From assembly GCA_037446635.1 (NCBI GenBank), contig JBBIIG010000007.1, forward strand, positions 14,395 through 67,663: a stretch of DNA of 53,269 nucleotides, given 5' to 3'. The DNA is from a bacterium. GTDB taxonomy: Bacteria > Zhuqueibacterota > Zhuqueibacteria > Oceanimicrobiales > Oceanimicrobiaceae. Within the stretch, counting starts at the first letter, position 1; each line of letters begins with the position of its first letter. Position numbers and translations under genes: made by a program. Positions 46,538-53,269 of the stretch are shown one piece after another. The notes under the pieces were generated by a model. That model did no database searches and was not told the DNA's origin. It was given only the letters and a program-made list of their open reading frames with translations.

Positions 46538-47359
46538 ATGAGTTACAGGCTGCTGTCGTTCAAATCAGGCCGGGAACATGATTTAGATCAGTGGAATAAT
46601 CGCAGTCTTGCAGGGGAATTGAGAAGCTTTGAAGGGAGGACGTTAGTTCGAATTTTCGAACAACATCTGAATGGGAGCAAGCTAAGGATCCTTGAGGGCG
46701 GGTGCGGCTTCGGCGCTTGGTGTGAATGGTTCCAACGCAAGGGTTATGAGATTGTTGGCATTGAATATGATCGCGAGATAGTGTCGCGCGCCCGGCAATT
46801 CAAACCGGATGTGGCGGTGGAGTTTGGCGATATCACTAATCTCAATTATCCCGACAATTCTTTTGACGCTTACATTTCATTGGGCGTGATCGAGCATTTT
46901 GAGCATGGCCCAGAAAAGGCGCTGCGGGAAGCCCATCGCGTTTTAAAACCGGGCGGCCTGGCTTTCGTGACTACGCCGGTGGTGACGCCGTTGCGGCGAG
47001 TCGTTGCCCATCCGGTGCGCAGCCTCTATTTTTTGATTCGGCGGCTGAAGGGCAAGCCAAATTATTTTTGGGAATACCGCTTCACCCGCCGCGAGTTGCG
47101 CAGCTTTTTGGAGCAAACGGGTTTTGAAATCATTCACGAAGATATTGATGATTACGAGCCCAGCGAAAAAAATCGGCACATCGGACTTTGGGCGGATTGG
47201 TTTCCGCTGCGCAAGCGCGATGGAGAAATTTGGGAACTCAACGTCGTCGGCAAAGTTTTGCTGCGGATTCTGCGCCTATTCCCCGCAACGTGGTTTTGCT
47301 CGGGTCTGCATCTGGTGGCCAGAGCCAGAAAAGAGGGTCTCAAGGAAATAAAGAAATAG
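46538..47359 (+). CDS. Class I SAM-dependent methyltransferase
   Basis: ILEGGCGFG, YPDNSFD, SLGVIEHF, RVLKPGG. Confidence 0.88.
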   Translation: MSYRLLSFKSGREHDLDQWNNRSLAGELRSFEGRTLVRIFEQHLNGSKLRILEGGCGFGAWCEWFQRKGYEIVGIEYDREIVSRARQFKPDVAVEFGDITNLNYPDNSFDAYISLGVIEHFEHGPEKALREAHRVLKPGGLAFVTTPVVTPLRRVVAHPVRSLYFLIRRLKGKPNYFWEYRFTRRELRSFLEQTGFEIIHEDIDDYEPSEKNRHIGLWADWFPLRKRDGEIWELNVVGKVLLRILRLFPATWFCSGLHLVARARKEGLKEIKK

Positions 47360-47430
47360 GTAATGAAGAAATTAGGGCCTATGGCCGAACCTACTTATTT
47401 CCCGAGCTCTTTAATTTTCCTAAATTTCCT
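47342..47430. repeat. Inverted short-unit repeat (GGAAAT-type)
   Basis: aaggaaata/aagaaatag/aagaaattagg mirrored by tatttccc/aattttcct/aaatttcct. Confidence 0.5.
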
Positions 47431-47488
47431 CTTATATTGTTACATCATTTGATCAAACTCCAATAGGAAAACAGCCGAAAGGAATACC

Positions 47489-48652
47489 ATGGATTTAATT
47501 GCACCACACGGGGGTAAGCTGATTGATCGGGAATTGCGGGGCGATGCCCGCGCCGCGGCGCTTGAAAGAGCGCGGTCCCTCAAACAGCTTAAAATCAACT
47601 CCACCACCATCTCCGATCTCGAGCTTATCGCCACGGGCGTGTTCAGCCCGCTCACCGGCTTTTTGAAGCGCGCGGATTATCAGAGCGTGGTGGAAACGAT
47701 GCACTTGAAAAATGGGTTGGTTTGGTCCATCCCCATCACACTGGCCGTGACCTCCGACTTCGCTGAGAAAGTCAAGCTTGGCGAGGAAATCGTTTTGACG
47801 ATGGAAAGTGGCCTGCCGTTGGCGTTGATGACGGTGGAAGAGAAATATCCCTACGACAAAACCCGCGAAGCGCAGATGGTTTACAAAACCACCGAAACCG
47901 CGCACCCCGGCGTAGCTCGGCTAATGAATCAGGGCGATGTGCTTTTGGGCGGCGACATTCAACTGCTCAATCGCGTTCCCAACCAGCCGTTTGCCGAATT
48001 CCGCTTCGATCCCGCGCAGACTCGCCGCATGTTTGCGGAACGCGGCTGGAAGCGGGTAGTGGGATTTCAGACGCGCAATCCCATTCATCGCGCCCACGAG
48101 TATATTCAGAAATGCGCCCTCGAAATTGTGGACGGCCTGTTTTTGAATCCACTGGTGGGCGAAACCAAAAGCGATGATATCCCCGCGGACACCCGCATGT
48201 TGAGTTACCAGCGCTTGCTCGCCGATTATTATCCGATGAACCGCACCCTTTTGTGTGTATTCCCGGCAGCGATGCGCTATGCCGGCCCGCGCGAGGCGAT
48301 CTTTCACGCGGTATGCCGCAAAAATTACGGCTGCACCCATTTCATCGTTGGCCGCGACCACGCCGGCGTCGGCAACTACTACGGAACCTTCGATGCGCAA
48401 AAGATTTTCGATGATTTTTCCCCCGAAGAAATCGGCATCACACCGCTGTTTTTCGATCACACTTTTTATTGCAAAAAGTGCGGGGGCGTTGTGTCGAGTA
48501 AAACCTGCCCGCATGAACGCAGCCACCACCTGATACTGAGCGGCACGCAGGTGCGCGAAATGCTAACGAAAGGCGAACTGCCGCCGCCGGAATTCACCCG
48601 CGCGGAAGTGGCGGACATTTTAATTGATGGCTATCGCCGGCAAACGGCTTAG
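47489..48652 (+). CDS. sat: Sulfate adenylyltransferase (ATP sulfurylase, Sat type)
   Basis: [52 protein letters not shown]. Confidence 0.96.
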   Translation: MDLIAPHGGKLIDRELRGDARAAALERARSLKQLKINSTTISDLELIATGVFSPLTGFLKRADYQSVVETMHLKNGLVWSIPITLAVTSDFAEKVKLGEEIVLTMESGLPLALMTVEEKYPYDKTREAQMVYKTTETAHPGVARLMNQGDVLLGGDIQLLNRVPNQPFAEFRFDPAQTRRMFAERGWKRVVGFQTRNPIHRAHEYIQKCALEIVDGLFLNPLVGETKSDDIPADTRMLSYQRLLADYYPMNRTLLCVFPAAMRYAGPREAIFHAVCRKNYGCTHFIVGRDHAGVGNYYGTFDAQKIFDDFSPEEIGITPLFFDHTFYCKKCGGVVSSKTCPHERSHHLILSGTQVREMLTKGELPPPEFTRAEVADILIDGYRRQTA

Positions 48653-48693
48653 CTAAGCGATAAACAATTCATTTTCTAAGGAGACACCAATCA

Positions 48694-49260
48694 ATGTATT
48701 CAACTCGTGAAAAGGCCTGCACGATCTGGTTCACCGGCTTACCATCCTCCGGAAAATCGACTTTAGCTGAAATGCTCGAAAAGGAACTGCGCAAGCGCGG
48801 TCGCTACGTGGAAATTTTGGACGGCGACGTCGTGCGCACCCACCTGAGCAAGGGGCTGGGCTTTAGCCGTGAAGATCGCGACACCAACATTCGCCGCATC
48901 GGCTTCGTTTGCCATCTACTCACCCGCAATGACGTGTTTGCGATTTCCGCTGCTATCTCGCCCTATCGCAACATCCGCGACGAAAACCGCGCCATGATTG
49001 GCGATTTTGTCGAGGTGTATGTGCGCTGCCCGTTGGAAGAGTGCATCCGGCGCGATGTCAAGGGGCTCTACAAAAAAGCGCTTGCCGGAGAAATTACCGA
49101 CTTCACCGGAATTTCCGATCCCTACGAAGAACCGCTGAATCCCGAGGTGATTGTGGATACCATGACGGAAGAACCAGCGGAAAGCCTTCAAAAAATCCTC
49201 TCAAGATTGATTGAGTTGGGATACCTGGCGGAAGAAAAAAGTCAGAAGGCAGCGGCTTAA
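48694..49260 (+). CDS. cysC: Adenylyl-sulfate (APS) kinase
   Basis: [50 protein letters not shown]. Confidence 0.96.
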   Translation: MYSTREKACTIWFTGLPSSGKSTLAEMLEKELRKRGRYVEILDGDVVRTHLSKGLGFSREDRDTNIRRIGFVCHLLTRNDVFAISAAISPYRNIRDENRAMIGDFVEVYVRCPLEECIRRDVKGLYKKALAGEITDFTGISDPYEEPLNPEVIVDTMTEEPAESLQKILSRLIELGYLAEEKSQKAAA

Positions 49261-49325
49261 TTTCCATTTACATTTTTCGCATCATAAAAAGTGATGATGA
49301 CTAAATTGAGGTTATTGATCACAAT

Positions 49326-49402
49326 GGTTTACTGGATTAATGGAGTATTGGATCGGTGCGGTTGCTTTTCATTAATTCATCACTCCATCACTCCAGTAAT
49401 CC
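49326..49402. repeat. Inverted octamer-unit repeat (TGGAGTGA-type)
   Basis: ggtttactggattaatggagtattggat mirrored by attcatcactccatcactccagtaatcc. Confidence 0.7.
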
Positions 49403-49454
49403 GCGTGCGAAATTGACTTACTCAAAAATCCGTGAATAGCCCAAAATCATAAAC

Positions 49455-50588
49455 ATGCCCAACAGAAAGACCATTAACGTTCTGCAACTGATTGAAGGGC
49501 TGAGTTTCGGCGGCGCGGAAACCAAGCTGCTGGAGCTCATCTCACAAATGGATCGCAATCGCTTCAACACGGTGGTTTGTAGTCTTGGCATGGGCGACCG
49601 CATAAAAAACAAATTTGACGATCTCAACGTCAAGTTTGTCAATCTCAAACGGCGTGGGCGTATCGATCCCAAGATTATCTGGGAGGTGGCCAAACTCATC
49701 CGCAATGAAAAGATCGACGTGGTGATGACCACGCTGTTTTATGCCGACGTGGTGGGCGCGCTGGCCCGCGCCATCAGTCCCGCCAAAGCGGTGTTTTCCT
49801 GGGAAACCATTTCCGCGCCGGAGTGGCTGCTGCGGCATCGACTGCTGACGTATCGTTTCGCCATGCACTTTTGCGACAAAGTGGTTTCGGTGTCGAACGC
49901 CACCGCAGATTGGCTGGTGAAAAAACGCGGCCTCCCGCCCAACAAAGTGATGGTGATTCCCTACGGAGTAGATTTGAAGCTTTATCAGGTGGGAAGGAAT
50001 CCCGAGCTGAAAGCTAAGTTGGGAATTCCAGTGGAATCGCCGGTGGTGGGAGTCGTCGCGCGTTTGCATCCCCAAAAAGGACATTGTTATTTGATCGAAG
50101 CGGCGCGCGCGATTGTCGCAGCGCATCCCGCCGTTCGATTTGTGTTTGTTGGTGATGGCGAATTGCGGCCGCAATTGCAAAGGCAAGTTCGCGATCATGG
50201 CCTCGCGCAGCATTTTCATTTTCTGGGTTTTCGCGAAGACGTTAAAGATCTGCTCCAGACGTTCGATATTTTTGTATTGCCGTCGCTCTATGAAGGGCTT
50301 CCCAATGTGGTGTTGGAAGCGATGGCCACCGGGCTGCCGGTGGTGGCGACAGCCGTGGATGGCACCACCGAGCTCATCGTTGACAGTGAAACTGGGTTTC
50401 TCGTACCCCCAAGAAACGCGCAAGCTCTGGCCGATAAAATTTCGATTTTGCTGGGCGACGCCAACCCTCGTCAAGCTTTTGGACAAAAGGGGCGGCAGCG
50501 GGTTGAGCAGCACTACTCATTGGAAAAACAGGTGGCAGGTTTCCAGGATTTGTATGAGAGCTATTGCGGCGAAGTGAATCATTTATGA
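49455..50588 (+). CDS. Glycosyltransferase family 4
   Basis: GGAE, VARLHPQKGH, PSLYEGLPNVVLEAMA. Confidence 0.92.
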   Translation: MPNRKTINVLQLIEGLSFGGAETKLLELISQMDRNRFNTVVCSLGMGDRIKNKFDDLNVKFVNLKRRGRIDPKIIWEVAKLIRNEKIDVVMTTLFYADVVGALARAISPAKAVFSWETISAPEWLLRHRLLTYRFAMHFCDKVVSVSNATADWLVKKRGLPPNKVMVIPYGVDLKLYQVGRNPELKAKLGIPVESPVVGVVARLHPQKGHCYLIEAARAIVAAHPAVRFVFVGDGELRPQLQRQVRDHGLAQHFHFLGFREDVKDLLQTFDIFVLPSLYEGLPNVVLEAMATGLPVVATAVDGTTELIVDSETGFLVPPRNAQALADKISILLGDANPRQAFGQKGRQRVEQHYSLEKQVAGFQDLYESYCGEVNHL

Positions 50589-51322
50589 CATCAAAAAAGA
50601 AGGTTGCGGTTATCATTCCGGCGCTGAACGAAGCGCGCTCCATCGCCAGAGTCGTCGCCAACATCAAGAGTCTTCACGCGGATTTCGAGGTGGTGGTCAT
50701 CAATGACGGCTCCACCGACGACACTGCGGAGTTAGCCGAACAAGCCGGCGCTACGGTGCTGTCTCACACCGTGAACCTTGGCTATGGCGCCGCGCTGCAG
50801 ACCGGGTATCGCTACGCTCTGCTCAATGGCTACGACTATACGGTGCAAATCGACGGCGACGGCCAACACGACCCCAAGTTTATTGACAAGCTGCTGGAGT
50901 CGTTGAACAACGGCAGCGATGTTGCCATTGGCTCGCGCTTTCTGGGGAACTTGGCCCACTACGACAACCCTACGCTGCGCAAGCTCGGCATGATGTTCTT
51001 TCGCTTTCTGATTTATCTTTTCATCAAGCAAAAGGTAACCGACCCCACCTCCGGTTTTCAGGCTTTGAACAGAGAGGTGCTCAATTTTTACGTCAACAGC
51101 AAACAGTTTCCGGCAGATTTTCCGGATGCCGATATCATCATCCTTTTGCATTTTGCCGGCTTTCATATTACTGAAGTTCCGGTGGTGATGTACAAAAGCG
51201 AAACCGGCAAATCCATGCACAGCGGTTTCAAGCCGCTGTATTACATCGTCAAAATGTTGTTATCGATTTATGCCGTACTTTTTGGAAATCAAAAATTGGT
51301 GAAATCCAAACATGCCGCTTAA
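50585..51322 (+). CDS. Glycosyltransferase family 2 (DPM1-like, polyprenol-phosphate sugar transferase)
   Basis: IIPALNE, NDGSTD, NLGYGAALQTG, DGDGQH, GSRF, TDPTSGF. Confidence 0.9.
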   Translation: MTSKKKVAVIIPALNEARSIARVVANIKSLHADFEVVVINDGSTDDTAELAEQAGATVLSHTVNLGYGAALQTGYRYALLNGYDYTVQIDGDGQHDPKFIDKLLESLNNGSDVAIGSRFLGNLAHYDNPTLRKLGMMFFRFLIYLFIKQKVTDPTSGFQALNREVLNFYVNSKQFPADFPDADIIILLHFAGFHITEVPVVMYKSETGKSMHSGFKPLYYIVKMLLSIYAVLFGNQKLVKSKHAA

Positions 51323-51695
51323 AGGCCGTATCATTATCATCCTTTTCAGTCTGGCGCTTTTTGTGTTTGTTTTAAATTTAATCAGAAAGCGGCAATTGAA
51401 GATTGAGCACTCCATCCTCTGGCTGCTAGTCAGCGCCACAATTTTGCTGGCGTCCATCTGGCAGGACTTTGCGGATAACGTGGCTTATTTCGTGGGCATC
51501 GATTACCCGCCGGCGCTATTTTTATCCATCGCCATTTTCTTTTCCCTGGGAATTTTGATGCACTTCTCCATCGAGCTCTCCAAATTAAAAGACCACAACA
51601 AGACTCTCACGCAAGAGCTCGCCATACACAAGAACCTCGTAAAAAAGCTCGAAAGAAAACTCAAATCACTTGATGAAAGTCATACAGCTAACTAA
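51312..51695 (+). CDS. DUF2304 family small membrane protein
   Basis: Three TMs, SILWLL, GIDYPP.LF, LTQELAI coiled tail; typical partner of DPM1-like GT2. Confidence 0.8.
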   Translation: MPLKGRIIIILFSLALFVFVLNLIRKRQLKIEHSILWLLVSATILLASIWQDFADNVAYFVGIDYPPALFLSIAIFFSLGILMHFSIELSKLKDHNKTLTQELAIHKNLVKKLERKLKSLDESHTAN

Positions 51696-52710
51696 AGATA
51701 TCGAGGCGAGTTGGGATGACTTCGTTGAAGCGCATCCCCGCGCCACGATGTATCATTTAGTCGGGTGGAAAACTGTCTTTGAAACCGTCTTCCGCTACCG
51801 GCCATTTTACCTGCTTGCCGTTCATGACGGCGGCAAAATCGAGGGGATTTTGCCGATGTTTCAAATGACCGATATTTTCGGGCGCAAATATCTGGTCTCC
51901 AATCCCTTCTCGAATTTTGCCGGCGTTTGCGCCAACACCCCCGAAGCCGAAAACGCTCTGGTTGACCACGCTATGAAAATTGCCGGGGAAATGGGCGTTC
52001 AGTACGTGGAGTTCCGGCAATTGCAATCCCGTTTAAATCACGACCTTCCCAGCAAAGACTCTTTTGTCACTTTGATGCTCAAGCTTCCTGCCAGCTCCGA
52101 CGCGGTGATGAAATCGCTGTCGTCGCGCAACCGCAACAAAATCCGCAAAGCGGAGAAGAGCCAGTTCGAAATTGATTTTGGCATGAAATATTTGGAGGAG
52201 TTTTACGGCATCTACGCCAAAAACCTGCGGCATCTCGGGACGCCGGTTTTTCCGCTGGCCATGTTTAAGGCAGTTGCTCAAGTTTTTGCCAGCCGCGTCG
52301 AATTGCTGGTTTTGAAGTTGCAGGGCCGGCCGGTGTCGGGCATGTTTTTGTTCAAATTCAAGAAAATGATTTCAGAACCCTGGGTGGCTTCGCTGCGGGA
52401 ATACAACAAGATTTACGTCAACAATTTTTTGTACTGGCAAGCCATCGATTATGCCTGCCGGCACGGCTTTGAATTTTTTGATTTTGGCCGCTCCACCATC
52501 GACGCCGGCACCTACGTTTTCAAGGCGCAGTGGGGGGCCGAACCGAAGCCGCTTTGTTATCAATATTATCTGAACAAGGCGCGGACTGTCCCAATTGTGG
52601 ATGCCGTTAACAACAAGTATCAAATCGCCATCGACATTTGGAAGCGCTTGCCCCTGGCGTTCACCAATTTTGTTGGACCCAAGTTGGTACGGTATTTGCC
52701 GGAATTATGA
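51673..52710 (+). CDS. FemAB-like GNAT protein of the type seen in exosortase/PEP-CTERM EPS loci
   Basis: WDDFVEAHP, RNKIRKA, FY.IY..N.R.LGTP, FDFGRS, FKAQWGA, WKRLPL. Confidence 0.82.
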   Translation: MKVIQLTKDIEASWDDFVEAHPRATMYHLVGWKTVFETVFRYRPFYLLAVHDGGKIEGILPMFQMTDIFGRKYLVSNPFSNFAGVCANTPEAENALVDHAMKIAGEMGVQYVEFRQLQSRLNHDLPSKDSFVTLMLKLPASSDAVMKSLSSRNRNKIRKAEKSQFEIDFGMKYLEEFYGIYAKNLRHLGTPVFPLAMFKAVAQVFASRVELLVLKLQGRPVSGMFLFKFKKMISEPWVASLREYNKIYVNNFLYWQAIDYACRHGFEFFDFGRSTIDAGTYVFKAQWGAEPKPLCYQYYLNKARTVPIVDAVNNKYQIAIDIWKRLPLAFTNFVGPKLVRYLPEL

Positions 52711-52728
52711 AAAAAAAATTCTTAACTC

Positions 52729-53269
52729 ATGCTGAATTTGTTGACATTCGATATCGAGGACTGGTACCATCCCAACCTGGCGGTTATCGAGTCTTTAGGA
52801 AAAACTAAGATCGAAGACCGCGTCGTCGAGCCTACCCTTCGTATTCTCAATATGTTAGATCGCACCAATAATCGGGCGACTTTTTTCGTTTTGGGAGAGG
52901 TGGCCGCCAAATTCCCTCAATTGGTGGCGGAGATGGTGACGCGCGGACATGAGGTCGCCTCCCATGGCTATGCCCACAATTTGGTTTATGATTATACAAG
53001 ATACCAATTTGAAACAGATATTGGCCGGGCGGTGGAGGTGCTCGAAAGCGCCGCGAATCAAAAGGTTATCGGATACCGCGCGCCCTCCTGGTCGTTGAGC
53101 GGCCGCCAGACTCCCTGGGCCTGGGAGGTGCTTCACAACCATGGCTTCGAATACGATTCCAGTTTGTATCCCTATAAAACATTTTTGTTCGGCGACAACC
53201 AGGCGCCGCGATTCGAATACGAAATCCCAGTTAATGGTGGCCAGAAGCTGCGCGAGATTCCGCCCTCGG
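52729..53269 (+). CDS. Polysaccharide deacetylase (CE4, DUF3473-type), truncated by the window end
   Basis: MLNLLTFDIEDWYH, ATFFVLG, GHEVASHGYAH, GYRAPSWS, YDSSLYP; not in the ORF track because it has no stop. Confidence 0.88.
   Translation, partial: MLNLLTFDIEDWYHPNLAVIESLGKTKIEDRVVEPTLRILNMLDRTNNRATFFVLGEVAAKFPQLVAEMVTRGHEVASHGYAHNLVYDYTRYQFETDIGRAVEVLESAANQKVIGYRAPSWSLSGRQTPWAWEVLHNHGFEYDSSLYPYKTFLFGDNQAPRFEYEIPVNGGQKLREIPPS

Noticed and set aside
47489..49260. Assimilatory or dissimilatory sulfate reduction operon
   Set aside because: No cysH, cysI/J, aprAB or dsr genes nearby; context is glycan biosynthesis
52707..52729. A9 tract as a phase-variation switch for the deacetylase
   Set aside because: Bringing ATG 52707 into frame meets a TAA before 52729; the gene has its own ATG
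1..53269. tRNA, rRNA, riboswitch or transposase genes
   Set aside because: None recognisable by eye; a covariance-model scan was not possible

Overview
Bacterial chromosomal window with three parts. (1) 1-12 kb: housekeeping genes (pckA, HerA-like/DUF853 ATPase, carB without an adjacent carA) interleaved with decayed toxin-antitoxin modules, a modular tandem-repeat nest (4.96-6.2 kb), an AT-rich three-gene island and a hairpin-flanked DUF559 endonuclease element whose gene-less copy is also present at 5653-5754. (2) 12.2-29.3 kb and 49.4 kb to the end: a Wzx/Wzy-type polysaccharide locus (GT4s, GT2, flippase, AsnB-type amidotransferase, methyltransferases, GH39-like and other secreted hydrolases, FemAB-like protein, CE4 deacetylase). 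(3) 29.3-49.3 kb: a candidate sulfation module. It has four membrane-anchored sulfatase-fold proteins with Thr at the nucleophile position and a shared C-terminal L-x-x-L-G-Y tail, a heparinase II/III-like protein, two alkaline-phosphatase-superfamily paralogues with opposite predicted topology, a 63-aa ribbon-helix-helix protein with the same LGY tail, a DUF106/EMC3/TMCO1 (Oxa1-superfamily)-like membrane protein and sat-cysC (PAPS supply), but no recognisable PAPS-dependent sulfotransferase in the window. The main hypothesis is a trans-membrane sulfuryl relay for glycan decoration. All family calls are by eye from motifs; no searches were run.
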